Below are positions 1 through 9,813 of a stretch of DNA of 64,000 bases, piece by piece. The stretch's first letter is position 1; every line of letters starts with the position of its first letter. The translations under genes and the position numbers were made by a program. A model generated the notes under the pieces. It made no database searches. It worked only from the letters and a program-made list of their open reading frames with translations, and was not told where the DNA came from. Location: the IMG/VR virus record IMGVR_UViG_3300022752_000014. One strand, given 5' to 3'. The DNA is from a virus. Its lineage: Duplodnaviria; Caudoviricetes.

Positions 1-1
1 T

Positions 2-178
2 CTTCTGGAACTTGGTGAGATTGGTGGACTCTGGAAGAATGTAGCAGGTCGCTATGAGATTGATGGTAAGAAAGTATATGCTAAACAGATTCTCAAAGAA
101 CCTGAAGCATACTTTACTGAAGAAGTGATGCAAAAACTTGATGAAATTGCAAGAGAAGAGTTTAGTTACGGATCGTGA
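2..178 (+). CDS. uvsX: UvsX RecA-like recombinase, C-terminal fragment
   Basis: Frame 2 reads LLELGEIGGLWKNVAGRYEIDGKKVYAKQILKEPEAYFTEEVMQKLDEIAREEFSYGS*; T4-like position upstream of gp41. Confidence 0.75.
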   Translation, partial: LLELGEIGGLWKNVAGRYEIDGKKVYAKQILKEPEAYFTEEVMQKLDEIAREEFSYGS

Positions 179-717
179 TAAAGGTTCTTAAGACTGGAAT
201 CAATGTATCTAAAGTTGTAGAACAACTTAAAAAGTATCCTCAGGACTGGGATCATCAGAAACATCTAAAGGATTCTCAGTCCTTAGTTGATAGAGGATTT
301 GCTGACTTGCCAGTCAGTGCTCTTCAACTTATAATGGGTGGAGTCAAAAGTAAAGAAGACTTTGTTGGAGATTCTGAGATCAGCATCAAAACTCCAGCAT
401 ATGAACATCACAGCGAAATCCGAAAGATTATACGCAAGCATTTTGGAAATAGAGAACTACATCGTTGTGGGTTTCTTTCTCTTCCTGTTGATGAAATTGT
501 GGGTGCTCATATTGATGAAGGCACTTATTACTTAACAAGAGACAGATATCACCTTTCCATTGTTGGAAGATATCAGTATTTCTGTGGAACTGATAGTGTG
601 ATTGTAGAACCTGGCACACTTTTATGGTTCAATAATAAACTACCACACGGCACCGTGAATATCGGTGATGAGACAAGAATAACATTCGTATTTGATATGC
701 CCCATGGACAAAGTTGA
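175..717 (+). CDS. 2OG-Fe(II) oxygenase, Asp/Asn beta-hydroxylase-like
   Basis: HID...H triad (GAHIDEG, KLPHG), RITFVFD; GTGA overlap with uvsX. Confidence 0.72.
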   Translation: MIKVLKTGINVSKVVEQLKKYPQDWDHQKHLKDSQSLVDRGFADLPVSALQLIMGGVKSKEDFVGDSEISIKTPAYEHHSEIRKIIRKHFGNRELHRCGFLSLPVDEIVGAHIDEGTYYLTRDRYHLSIVGRYQYFCGTDSVIVEPGTLLWFNNKLPHGTVNIGDETRITFVFDMPHGQS

Positions 718-2080
718 GTTTCTGATTCTTCGCAATCTTCTTCATAATGAAGAGTATGTTCGCAAAGTTATTCCTTTTATTAAGGGGGAATATTTTGAGG
801 ATACAAATCAGAAAGTTGTATTTGAAGAAATCTTGAAATTTATTCAAGAGTACAATGAACCTGCAACAAAAGAGGTTCTCTGTATTGAAGTAGAAAAGCG
901 TCAGGATATTACTGACACTTCTTTCAAAGAAATTACTCATCTGATTGGTTGTCTTGACGATGTTCCTGCAGAATTTAATTGGTTAGTAGATACTACTGAA
1001 AAGTGGTGTCGTGACCGTGCCATCTATCTTGCTCTTATGGAGTCTATTCATATTGCAGATGGCAAAGATGAAAACAAAAATCGTGACAGCATCCCTACAA
1101 TTTTATCAGATGCTTTGGCAGTATCTTTTGATACTCACATCGGACACGATTATCTGTTAGACTATGAACTACGTTATGAGTCCTATCATAAAAAGGAAGA
1201 CAAAATTGAATTTGACCTGGAATATTTCAACAAAATCACGAAAGGTGGTCTCCCTAATAAGACTCTCAATATCGCTCTCGCTGGGACGGGCGTTGGGAAA
1301 TCGCTATTCATGTGTCATGTGGCTAGTTCCGTCTTACTGCAAGGCAGGAACGTTCTCTATATCACTCTTGAAATGGCGGAGGAGCGAATTGCTGAGCGAA
1401 TTGATGCCAACCTTCTCAATGTACCCATCCAAGATATTACTGACCTTCCCAAACAAATGTTTGAGAATAAGGTTACCAACCTTGCGAAGAAGACTCAAGG
1501 AACTCTTATAATTAAGGAATACCCTACGGCATCTGCTCATGCTGGGCACTTCAAGTCACTTCTTAATGAACTTGCACTTAAGAAATCATTTAGACCTGAT
1601 ATTATTTTCATTGATTACCTTAATATTTGTGCTTCCAGTAGGTATCGCGGAAATAGCAACATCAACTCTTATACTTTCGTCAAAGCAATTGCTGAAGAAC
1701 TTAGGGGGCTCGCAGTGGAGTTTAATGTCCCAATTGTCTCCGCTACTCAGACCACTCGTTCAGGTTATGGTTCTTCTGATGTTGAACTTACTGATACTTC
1801 TGAGTCCTTTGGTCTTCCTGCTACTGCTGACCTTATGTTTGCCCTTATTAGCACTGAAGAGTTGGAGGGACTTGGACAGATTTTAGTTAAGCAACTTAAG
1901 AATCGTTATAATGATCCTACCATTCATAAACGTTTTGTGATTGGTATTGATCGTGCCAAGATGCGTCTTTATGACTGTGAACAATCTGCTCAGCAAGATA
2001 TTCTTGACAACGGAAAAGAAGAAGAGTATGATTATGAAGAAAAGAAACCTAAAAAATCATTCGAAGGATTTAAATTCTAA
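704..2080 (+). CDS. 41: Replicative DNA helicase gp41 (DnaB-like)
   Basis: Walker A AGTGVGKS, YITLEMAEE, IFIDYL, SATQTTR; ATG 704 preferred. Confidence 0.95.
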   Translation: MDKVEFLILRNLLHNEEYVRKVIPFIKGEYFEDTNQKVVFEEILKFIQEYNEPATKEVLCIEVEKRQDITDTSFKEITHLIGCLDDVPAEFNWLVDTTEKWCRDRAIYLALMESIHIADGKDENKNRDSIPTILSDALAVSFDTHIGHDYLLDYELRYESYHKKEDKIEFDLEYFNKITKGGLPNKTLNIALAGTGVGKSLFMCHVASSVLLQGRNVLYITLEMAEERIAERIDANLLNVPIQDITDLPKQMFENKVTNLAKKTQGTLIIKEYPTASAHAGHFKSLLNELALKKSFRPDIIFIDYLNICASSRYRGNSNINSYTFVKAIAEELRGLAVEFNVPIVSATQTTRSGYGSSDVELTDTSESFGLPATADLMFALISTEELEGLGQILVKQLKNRYNDPTIHKRFVIGIDRAKMRLYDCEQSAQQDILDNGKEEEYDYEEKKPKKSFEGFKF

Positions 2081-2484
2081 TGACTATTGATCTTAACAAA
2101 TATGTTGAATTTGTTGATGCAACCACATCAAACCCCAGCAAACAATATAGTGAATTTCTCAAGCGTCTTCACAATCTTGAAGTTGAAGGATTTCCTACCG
2201 AGCGATTGCTTACTGCTGCTGTAGGAATGTCTGCCGAAGCAGGTGAATTTACTGAAGTTGTAAAGAAAATGATTTTCCAAGGCAAACCGGTAAATGAAGA
2301 AAATCTATTTCACCTGAAGCGTGAACTTGGAGATATTATGTGGTATGTTTCTCAAGCGTGTATTGGTTTGGATATTTCTCTTGAAGAAGTCATTCAAATG
2401 AACTTTGAGAAACTGAGTGCTCGTTATCCTGAGGGTGCTTTCACTATTGAACGTTCTGAAAATCGTAAAGAAGGAGACCTATGA
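2080..2484 (+). CDS. mazG: MazG-like NTP pyrophosphohydrolase
   Basis: EAGEFTEVVKK...ELGDIMWY. Confidence 0.9.
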   Translation: MTIDLNKYVEFVDATTSNPSKQYSEFLKRLHNLEVEGFPTERLLTAAVGMSAEAGEFTEVVKKMIFQGKPVNEENLFHLKRELGDIMWYVSQACIGLDISLEEVIQMNFEKLSARYPEGAFTIERSENRKEGDL

Positions 2485-2636
2485 GTGAAACAACTTGGCC
2501 TTATAATCACCGACATTCTTCCGAACTCTGGGACATCACTGCTGAAATTCTTACAGAACTTTCCCGAAGAGATGAGGTTGAATATAGAGTCAAAGCAACA
2601 TCAGAATCTGTAAAGCAAAAATTAGAGGCATTATGA
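2481..2636 (+). CDS. Hypothetical protein (51 aa)
   Basis: MSETTWPYNHRH...KLEAL*; ATGA overlaps at both ends. Confidence 0.55.
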   Translation: MSETTWPYNHRHSSELWDITAEILTELSRRDEVEYRVKATSESVKQKLEAL

Positions 2637-2821
2637 CCAAGGAAAAACAAGTATCAATCAAAGTAGATGTTCGTGCTGCAGCAGCAGTTCGCCAAGTTCT
2701 GTTTGATGCACAGCGAGGATATACTTATGATGAAGTAAGTGTTCCTCCTCGTATTGCTGATATTCGCTCAGTCGTTCAACAACTTGATGAAAGTATTGGT
2801 TCAGTATTAGGTGTTGAATAA
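2633..2821 (+). CDS. Hypothetical protein
   Basis: Coupled ORF, 62 aa. Confidence 0.65.
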   Translation: MTKEKQVSIKVDVRAAAAVRQVLFDAQRGYTYDEVSVPPRIADIRSVVQQLDESIGSVLGVE

Positions 2822-2838
2822 ATACTTAGAAAACAGCA

Positions 2839-3348
2839 ATGTATTTTTCTGAGTGGAGAAAACTTCAAAGAGACAGTGAGATGTTTAATATTTCACTGTC
2901 TTTTGTTGCAGAAGGAATTAGTAAAGAACACTTTGAAAAAATCGTTCATATGTTTCTTCCTTTTGCAAAAAAAGAACTTGGAATTAAAGAACTTCCAAAA
3001 ATACACTTTGTTGATGATCCAAAGTTTGCAAAGAGAATTGCTGCATTTGGACAGATTAAAGATAATCGTATTGTGATTGATATTCAAGATCGCCATACAA
3101 TAGATATTTTAAGAACTGTTGCTCACGAACTTACACATTATCGCCAACATAGAAGTGGAGTTCACGGAAATAGTGCTGCTGGAAGTCCTTCGGAGAATGA
3201 GGCAAATAAACTTGCTGGAACAGTTGTAAGAAAGTTTGGTGAAAAACATCCAAACTTATTCACAGTTTCCGCAGTAAATGAAGCTAGAAAGAAAAGAAAG
3301 AAAACGATTAACATTGATTCCGAACACTATCCAACGGAACTAGTCTGA
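2839..3348 (+). CDS. Hypothetical protein with HExxH zincin-like motif
   Basis: RTVAHELTH...ENEAN; TAAATA late-promoter-like motif upstream. Confidence 0.65.
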   Translation: MYFSEWRKLQRDSEMFNISLSFVAEGISKEHFEKIVHMFLPFAKKELGIKELPKIHFVDDPKFAKRIAAFGQIKDNRIVIDIQDRHTIDILRTVAHELTHYRQHRSGVHGNSAAGSPSENEANKLAGTVVRKFGEKHPNLFTVSAVNEARKKRKKTINIDSEHYPTELV

Positions 3349-3381
3349 TTGATAAATAAATCAGAAGATATTGTTAATCTA

Positions 3382-3951
3382 ATGGATAGCAAAGAACTTA
3401 GAGGTTTGATGGAAGCATATTCTGAAGTGTATGCTCCTCTAGATATCTTTGTTGATGAGGGATATCAAAGAGATCCTGAAGGTGCTGAGAGAAAGAAAAC
3501 TCATTCCAAGCAACCAGATCCATCTAAACCTGGATTCACTGGTATTGGAAATATGAGCATCGATCAGATTAGAAAAATGTCTGCTCGCATTGAAAAAGAA
3601 AATACGAAAAAGGAAGAAGTAGATATCTTTGATACAGTTCTTGAGTATCTCGTTGCTGAAGGTTATGCTGATAATAACCAAGAAGCACTTTATATTATGG
3701 CAAATTTAAGTGAAGAGGAAATTCTTGAGTATAGAAAATTAGCAGCAGGGCTAGTTGGTGGAATGATGGCACTGAATATGATGAAGCCTGGAGTGGCTCC
3801 AACAGGAATAAAGAGCCAGGCGCCAGAACCAGACAAAACAGAATTAGTATCTAAAGCAGATAAAGCAAAAAAAGATGCAGAAGAGCGCAGACAAGCAGAT
3901 TTATACGCACAGTCTAGAGTTGAATATTCAAGACAAATTGGTATGAAGTGA
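3382..3951 (+). CDS. Hypothetical late protein, Glu-rich
   Basis: ATG 3382 MDSKELRGLMEAY; YLVAEGYA...ANLSEE segment; ATAAATA upstream. Confidence 0.65.
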   Translation: MDSKELRGLMEAYSEVYAPLDIFVDEGYQRDPEGAERKKTHSKQPDPSKPGFTGIGNMSIDQIRKMSARIEKENTKKEEVDIFDTVLEYLVAEGYADNNQEALYIMANLSEEEILEYRKLAAGLVGGMMALNMMKPGVAPTGIKSQAPEPDKTELVSKADKAKKDAEERRQADLYAQSRVEYSRQIGMK

Positions 3952-3953
3952 TG

Positions 3954-3981
3954 AAAAAAAGGAGGGATAAAACCCTCCTTT
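3954..3981. terminator. Bidirectional intrinsic terminator
   Basis: A7-GGAGGG-ATAAAA-CCCTCC-TTT between convergent ORFs. Confidence 0.8.
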
Positions 3982-3985
3982 AACT

Positions 3986-4189
3986 TTATTTGGAACTCAC
4001 AAAAGAGTTGATTTTATTTGCAAGTTCTTCAATATACTCATAAGAAGGAAATTGGGGATAATCCATCTTTACAGTATTCATAGAGTTCTCATTCCAGCAA
4101 CGAGCAGTATCATATTCAATATTAAACTTATCATTTGCGTGAGCATATGCTTGCTTGAAAATTTCAAACCGAAGTTCATAAGGTGTCAT
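3986..4189 (-). CDS. Hypothetical protein
   Basis: MTPYELRFEIFKQAY...; GGAG SD upstream. Confidence 0.7.
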   Translation of the reverse strand: MTPYELRFEIFKQAYAHANDKFNIEYDTARCWNENSMNTVKMDYPQFPSYEYIEELANKINSFVSSK

Positions 4190-4268
4190 AGGTATTCTCC
4201 TAATTTGTGTGTGATGTGTATTAAACACAAAAGCACTATATCATAAATAATCAAAAAGTCAAGAAATA

Positions 4269-4814
4269 ATGAAAACCTTTCAACAATTTGTGAATGAAGC
4301 ATATCAGAAACTTGATGAAAGATATAAACCACTTCCAGTAGGAAGAATGGATCGCAGAGCAATTAGAACTGCTGCAACTGGAGTAGGTCATTTGGGAGTT
4401 GCTGGAGCAGCAATTGGAGCAGAAAATGCTGTTGGTGAAATTGGTGATTTGCCAGATGAAATTGCCAGAAGGTCTGTAGAGAGGTCAGTTAGACCTTTAG
4501 AAAGATCTTCTAAAATAATAAAAACAAGATTAACTCACTCTCCAGAAAGATCTCAAGAAAGAGAAAAGATTAACAAACAAAAAGCAAATAAAGTTAATGA
4601 AGATTTAAGACAACTTCAAAAAGATTTGGATACTCTTGAGTATAAGGCAGGACCTAGACAAAGACTTGCTGCAAGAAAACAAGCAGCAAGACAAAGAAGT
4701 AGAACTTCGGCAGCGGACTTTAGAGAAAGGTCTCTACAAAGAGCAGCAAGTATGAAAGCAAGACAGCAACAAATGAGAAAAGACTATCTTCATAGGACTG
4801 GACAGGCAAACTAA
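4269..4814 (+). CDS. Arg-rich late protein with capsid-targeting-like N-terminus
   Basis: MKTFQQFVNEA; ATAAATA at 4253. Confidence 0.65.
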   Translation: MKTFQQFVNEAYQKLDERYKPLPVGRMDRRAIRTAATGVGHLGVAGAAIGAENAVGEIGDLPDEIARRSVERSVRPLERSSKIIKTRLTHSPERSQEREKINKQKANKVNEDLRQLQKDLDTLEYKAGPRQRLAARKQAARQRSRTSAADFRERSLQRAASMKARQQQMRKDYLHRTGQAN

Positions 4815-4835
4815 ATAAACACGGAAGGTTGCTCC

Positions 4836-4871
4836 AACCCACTTGACTTTTAGTTAAGTGGGTTTTATAAT
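4836..4871 (+). promoter_or_regulatory. Sigma70-type promoter within a 12-bp inverted repeat
   Basis: TTGACT(4843)-17-TATAAT(4866); arms 4836-4847 and 4853-4864. Confidence 0.75.
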
Positions 4872-4881
4872 ATCTGTATTC

Positions 4882-4954
4882 GGGGAATTAGCTCATTTGG
4901 TAGAGCACCGCCTTTGCACGGCGGGGGTGAGGGGTTCGAGTCCCCTATTCTCCA
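4882..4954 (+). tRNA. tRNA-Ala(UGC)
   Basis: Cloverleaf; anticodon arm CCGCC-TTTGCAC-GGCGG; encoded CCA. Confidence 0.95.
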
Positions 4955-4986
4955 TTCTAAATACTTAAAATAAGTATGAAATATAA

Positions 4987-6528
4987 ATGGCAGGCAAGAT
5001 AGCTGCAGAAACTTTAAACGAAACAATGTGGGTTGTTTATTATGCCATTTGTAAGAAATCCAGCAACTTTGTTATAAGAGGAACTAATATTGATGCAAAC
5101 TATTGGATTGATGTGTTTGGGTCAAAGGATAAACTAAAAGGATTTCTAAAGAAGTTTGGATTGGAATCTGACTTGGAAGAGTTTTCTTATGAGATAAGAG
5201 ACATTGATTCAAAGATGGATGCAACTTATGCTAAAAGTTTTTTTGTTAGTAATGACTGGCACAACGCACTGAAATCACAAGTTCAAAATTTTCTAAAGAA
5301 TAGTAAAGTTGGTTTTACTAAAAATCTAGATATTATTCGCCAAGATGGTTTTTATAAGGTCAGTGGTTTAGAAGAATTTTTAAAAAAGATTTGGAACGTA
5401 TTCCAATTTAGGGGAACTTTTGATCGTTGGAATCCATCCGACGTTTGGTTTTATGATGCATCTTCCATTAGAGAAATAAAGGCATATCTGAAAACAACCT
5501 CTGTTTATAATCGGGAAGTAATACTTCTCTCTCAAAGAGTTCAAAAAAATTATGCTTTGGAGGACGTTGTTGGATTAAACAGATTATTTGTTAAATTATA
5601 TGAGGAGAAAAAATTAGCACCAATATCACTTAAAAAGGCAACATCCACAAAGGGAGTTTATTCTTCCCGAATTGGATTGGTGAATGTTCCTCAAGATGAT
5701 ATGGGAAGACCAACTCCACCAAAAGTTACTGCAACACAATTACCAATTAAACCTTATCCTAAAGATTATGTCGCTGGTGGTTTATCTGGTAGTGGTGGTA
5801 AAGATTTGAAATATGATATTGAAATTGACCAAGTGATTTTGGATGAGAATGGAAGAAAAAAGTATGTGAGAGAATATGATTACGTCGGATATAATGCAAA
5901 GGGAAAAACTCTTGGTGTTAAAAAGGAAAGGCAATTCTCTCAAGCACAAGGCGGTTCTTTAGGACTGGATATTGCAGAAAAGGTTTTATACACTGCTCAG
6001 GGAAGTAGAGAAATTAAAAAAGTCAGAGATGAGGTATTTAAATCAAGTTTATCCGCTGATATGTTAAGTAAGGGTGAGATGAAGGGTAAAGATAGAGATG
6101 CACAATTTAGTAATGCTCTTGATTATATCCAGAGAATGTGTGAGGAACTTGAACCATCTGTTAAGAACAAATCAATTAGATTTGCTAGAACCGATGCAAA
6201 CAATAACCGAGAACTCAAAAACAAAGATGCTTATATAGAAGCGCAAAATAAACTTGAAATTGCAATGGCGATTGAAAAATCAGGAGTGCCTGATGAAATT
6301 GTGTTAGACTTGTGGAAGGCAATTACAAGTAAAGGTATAACTAATAGAAAAGATTATGAAAGATTGATTGAAAGAATTGGTAAGTCTAAGTATGAACAAT
6401 CCAGAAAGAAAGGACAAAAAAGACTCACTCAACAACAAGCGGATGAAGCAGCAGCACAATCTTTAAGAGCAACTATTGTTGGTAGTGCATCAAAGGTCCC
6501 TGGGTCCTTTCATTTAAAACTCTATTAA
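4987..6528 (+). CDS. Hypothetical protein, possible PD-(D/E)XK-like nuclease
   Basis: DRWNPSDVWF...APISLKK; weak motif only. Confidence 0.5.
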   Translation: MAGKIAAETLNETMWVVYYAICKKSSNFVIRGTNIDANYWIDVFGSKDKLKGFLKKFGLESDLEEFSYEIRDIDSKMDATYAKSFFVSNDWHNALKSQVQNFLKNSKVGFTKNLDIIRQDGFYKVSGLEEFLKKIWNVFQFRGTFDRWNPSDVWFYDASSIREIKAYLKTTSVYNREVILLSQRVQKNYALEDVVGLNRLFVKLYEEKKLAPISLKKATSTKGVYSSRIGLVNVPQDDMGRPTPPKVTATQLPIKPYPKDYVAGGLSGSGGKDLKYDIEIDQVILDENGRKKYVREYDYVGYNAKGKTLGVKKERQFSQAQGGSLGLDIAEKVLYTAQGSREIKKVRDEVFKSSLSADMLSKGEMKGKDRDAQFSNALDYIQRMCEELEPSVKNKSIRFARTDANNNRELKNKDAYIEAQNKLEIAMAIEKSGVPDEIVLDLWKAITSKGITNRKDYERLIERIGKSKYEQSRKKGQKRLTQQQADEAAAQSLRATIVGSASKVPGSFHLKLY

Positions 6529-6565
6529 CTTAAAAATAATAAATATAGGTATAGAAACAAACAAT

Positions 6566-7858
6566 ATGAAGAGTTTTTTCCAATTTTTATCAGAGGCAGC
6601 ACAATCGCAAGCATCAATGCAAGCGAAGAAACTTGGATTGACTGGTGATGGCCACGGCGGTTGGATAGACCGTAGCGGAAAAACTGTAGCGAGAACAGAT
6701 AAAGGCAAACTCAAATTCATTGATGGTCGTCAAGCAAATGGTGCCGAAGAACCAGCACCTGCAGCACAACCAGCAGCACCTGCACCAATGCCTCAACAGG
6801 CAGCACCTGCATCTGCACCACAACCTCAAGCAGCACCAGCGGGAGCACAGGCACCTGAGGAACAACCTCAAGAACTTCCACCACTCACCATTGTATTTGG
6901 TCGCTTCAATCCACCAACAGTAGGGCACGAAAAACTTCTTAAGTCTGCGAAGAGAATTTCGGGTGGAGGAGACATTAAGATTTATCCTTCAAGAACTCAA
7001 GATCCTAAGAAGAACCCATTAGACCCGAGTAAGAAGGTTGGGTATATGAAGAAGATGTTCCCTGAGTTTAAGGATAACATCATCAATGACCCTGAGATGA
7101 AATCAATTTTCAATGTTCTTGTAACTGCAAACGAAGACGGATATACTTCAGTCAATATCGTTGTTGGTTCAGATCGTCAGGCAGAGTTTGAAAATCTAGC
7201 GCAAAAATATAATGGAGACCTATATGACTTTGATCAAATCCGTGTAATCTCTGCTGGTGCTCGTGATGCTGATGCTGAAGGTATTGAAGGAATGTCAGCA
7301 TCTAAAATGAGAAAAGCAGTGATGGACGATGACTTCAAATCTTTCCGCAGAGGAACTCCAAAAACTTTGAGTGATGGTGAAACACAATCACTTTTCAATG
7401 CAGTTCGCCAAGCGATGGGAGTTAAGAAGGCAAAGGTCAAGAAGGAAAATTATTCTTTATGGGAAGTTGCTCCAAAATTTGATATGAAAAATCTTCGTGA
7501 GAATTATGTATTAGGAAACATTTTTAGAATCGGAGACAGTGTTCAAAACTTGAATACTGGATTAGTTGGTGAAGTCATTCGTAGAGGAACGAACCATCTT
7601 ATCTGTGTAACTGAAGAAGGTTATATGTTCAAGTCCTGGATTAAGGATGTGATGGAATATACTGAAGTCAAAATGGATAAGACATATAGACTTCCTGGAA
7701 AACCAAATACTCTTGCTGGAACCACTGGGTATTTGAAATATGCAAAACAACAAACACCAGGATCTACTTTAGGAAAACAAAATCTTCAATCTGGCGGTAA
7801 GGCATTTTTAGACAAATTTATAAATAAGTATAAGAAAGAAAAAGTACGTACTTATTAA
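6566..7858 (+). CDS. Cytidylyl/nucleotidyltransferase (HxGH family) with Pro/Ala/Gln linker
   Basis: FGRFNPPTVGHEKLL, VVGSDR, MSASKMR. Confidence 0.85.
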   Translation: MKSFFQFLSEAAQSQASMQAKKLGLTGDGHGGWIDRSGKTVARTDKGKLKFIDGRQANGAEEPAPAAQPAAPAPMPQQAAPASAPQPQAAPAGAQAPEEQPQELPPLTIVFGRFNPPTVGHEKLLKSAKRISGGGDIKIYPSRTQDPKKNPLDPSKKVGYMKKMFPEFKDNIINDPEMKSIFNVLVTANEDGYTSVNIVVGSDRQAEFENLAQKYNGDLYDFDQIRVISAGARDADAEGIEGMSASKMRKAVMDDDFKSFRRGTPKTLSDGETQSLFNAVRQAMGVKKAKVKKENYSLWEVAPKFDMKNLRENYVLGNIFRIGDSVQNLNTGLVGEVIRRGTNHLICVTEEGYMFKSWIKDVMEYTEVKMDKTYRLPGKPNTLAGTTGYLKYAKQQTPGSTLGKQNLQSGGKAFLDKFINKYKKEKVRTY

Positions 7859-7859
7859 G

Positions 7860-9497
7860 ATGTCTATCAATCCTCTGAATGATATTTCCAGAGTGTATCT
7901 GGAACAGGTTGCCGCAGAAGCATTTGTCGATCCAGAGCACGGTGAGGCACCTAGCGGAAGAACCCCCCTTCAAAATGTATCTGATCATCCAAAAGCATCT
8001 GTGAGAAAAAGGGCGGTTGGTGCATTTAAGAAGCAGATGGGTAAGGAGTATGGTGGAACTTGGAAGTCAAGATCAAAAGACCCGGTTGATGAAGCAGCAA
8101 AACCAGATTACTTAGATTTTGACAAAGATGGCGATGAAAAAGAATCAATGAAGAAGGCTTTAAAGGACAAAGCAAAGAAAAAAATAGAAGAAGCAAAGAA
8201 AGAAAAACCAAAGCGTTGGTGGGATGATGATGGTGATAATATTGGATATGAACCCGGCGAAGTGTCTGGTAAATTTAAGAAAAAAGTTGCAAAAGAAGGA
8301 TTCTCAAATTGGAGAGAAGAATTGATTGAAGTTGTTGATAAAATTGAAACCAATAAAACTAAGGATCAGAGAATAACTGAAAAGGAAGTTAATAACAAAA
8401 TTGTAATCAATCCTAAACTTGACCTTGGTGAAGCGATTGAAAACTTGGGTGGTCAATTGCTTGAGATGGTTGAAATTGAAAGTTTTGATTCTATTTTTGA
8501 TGACCTTTCTGAATCTGAAATCTTTTTACTATCTGATGATTTAATTGAAGAAGTTGTAGAGGAGTTTTTTCAAGAGTGCCTAGAAGAAGGTTATGACGCT
8601 GAGTATATTGAAAATACTTTGGTAGAATCAATTGAACTTTCTGCTGCTCTGTTGAATGAAGCAAAAGTAACTCTTGGTCACGATACCCAAATCAAGAGTG
8701 ATAGACTTGAAAAAGTAAAAACTGCTGTTAAGAAAGTTGGTGGTGCTGTTGCCCGTGGTGCTGGGTATGTCGCCGGTGCTGCAGTGAGAGGAGCAAAAGC
8801 GGCAGGTAGAGAATTTGCTGCTGGATATGCTAGAGGTAGGGGAGGTTCTTCTTCTCAAGCATCTGCCCCTTCATCATCAACTGCTTCAAGCACTGGTTCT
8901 TCAAGACCAGGACTCCTTGGAAGAATTGGTTCTGCTCTTAAGAGTGGATTGAAGAGAGCTGTTGCAAAAGGAGCAAGAGCAGTTTCCAGAGGAGCAAGAA
9001 ATGTTGCTCGTAGAATGGAAACCGGAGAAGCACCAAAGGCAGCAACTCCAACTCCAACAACACCAAAAGCAGCAGCAAAACAAAAAGCACCTTCTAAGAG
9101 CAAAAGGGGTCAGTTAAGTTCAAAAGCAGATGAACTCCTTGCTGATATTAGAAAAGAGGAGACTCAACTTGACGAAAAAACACTGACTTCTGCTGAAACT
9201 AAAGAAAAGGAAAGAATTGTAAAATCTATGAAAGATAAGGCAGCAGATTTTGAAAAGAGATACCCTGGTCGTGGTAAAGAAGTGATGTATGCTACTGCTA
9301 CTAAAATGGCGAAGAAAGTAGCGGAGCAAGCTATGGAACTTCAACCAAAAACCCAACCACAAACAGCACAACCAGACCCAAAAGCAAAAGTTGCTGCACA
9401 GAGAGCAAAGTCTGCCGAGATTAACATTCTCCAAAGAAGACTTCAAGCAATCCGTCAAACTCCTGCTGGAACACCAGTATCTGGAATTGGTGGTTGA
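7860..9497 (+). CDS. Large hypothetical late protein
   Basis: 545 aa; alternating acidic and basic low-complexity blocks. Confidence 0.7.
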   Translation: MSINPLNDISRVYLEQVAAEAFVDPEHGEAPSGRTPLQNVSDHPKASVRKRAVGAFKKQMGKEYGGTWKSRSKDPVDEAAKPDYLDFDKDGDEKESMKKALKDKAKKKIEEAKKEKPKRWWDDDGDNIGYEPGEVSGKFKKKVAKEGFSNWREELIEVVDKIETNKTKDQRITEKEVNNKIVINPKLDLGEAIENLGGQLLEMVEIESFDSIFDDLSESEIFLLSDDLIEEVVEEFFQECLEEGYDAEYIENTLVESIELSAALLNEAKVTLGHDTQIKSDRLEKVKTAVKKVGGAVARGAGYVAGAAVRGAKAAGREFAAGYARGRGGSSSQASAPSSSTASSTGSSRPGLLGRIGSALKSGLKRAVAKGARAVSRGARNVARRMETGEAPKAATPTPTTPKAAAKQKAPSKSKRGQLSSKADELLADIRKEETQLDEKTLTSAETKEKERIVKSMKDKAADFEKRYPGRGKEVMYATATKMAKKVAEQAMELQPKTQPQTAQPDPKAKVAAQRAKSAEINILQRRLQAIRQTPAGTPVSGIGG

Positions 9498-9542
9498 TAA
9501 ATCCTAAATAGGACAGGATACACTCTTTATACGGAGGTCATT

Positions 9543-9722
9543 ATGTCAGCACTCGTCGCTTGGTGTCTTGCTAATCAGGCTCTAATCGCAACCGTTTTGT
9601 TTGCGGTTTCTGAGGCACTGGGAGCAAACCCAAAAGTAAAATCAAATGGCATTCTTTCACTCATTCTTCTACAAGCACAAGCACAGTTGAAGAAGAAGGG
9701 TGCAACAGATTTAACTCCTTGA
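9543..9722 (+). CDS. Small membrane protein (59 aa)
   Basis: MSALVAWCLANQALIATVLFAVSEALG...; GGAGG SD; terminator follows. Confidence 0.65.
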   Translation: MSALVAWCLANQALIATVLFAVSEALGANPKVKSNGILSLILLQAQAQLKKKGATDLTP

Positions 9723-9740
9723 TTTAATCAATTAAAATTT

Positions 9741-9772
9741 ACAGAGACCCTTTTTCAGGGTCTCTGTTTTTT
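9741..9772 (+). terminator. Intrinsic terminator followed by late promoter TATAAATA (9772-9779)
   Basis: ACAGAGACCC-loop-GGGTCTCTGT-T5. Confidence 0.85.
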
Positions 9773-9813
9773 ATAAATATTTCTAAGAAATTTAACCTTA
9801 CGGAAGAAAGAAC

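Noticed and set aside
6566-7858. Nucleotidyltransferase as the CCA-adding enzyme for the nine tRNAs lacking encoded CCA
   Set aside because: HxGH Rossmann-like family, not the Pol-beta fold of CCA enzymes
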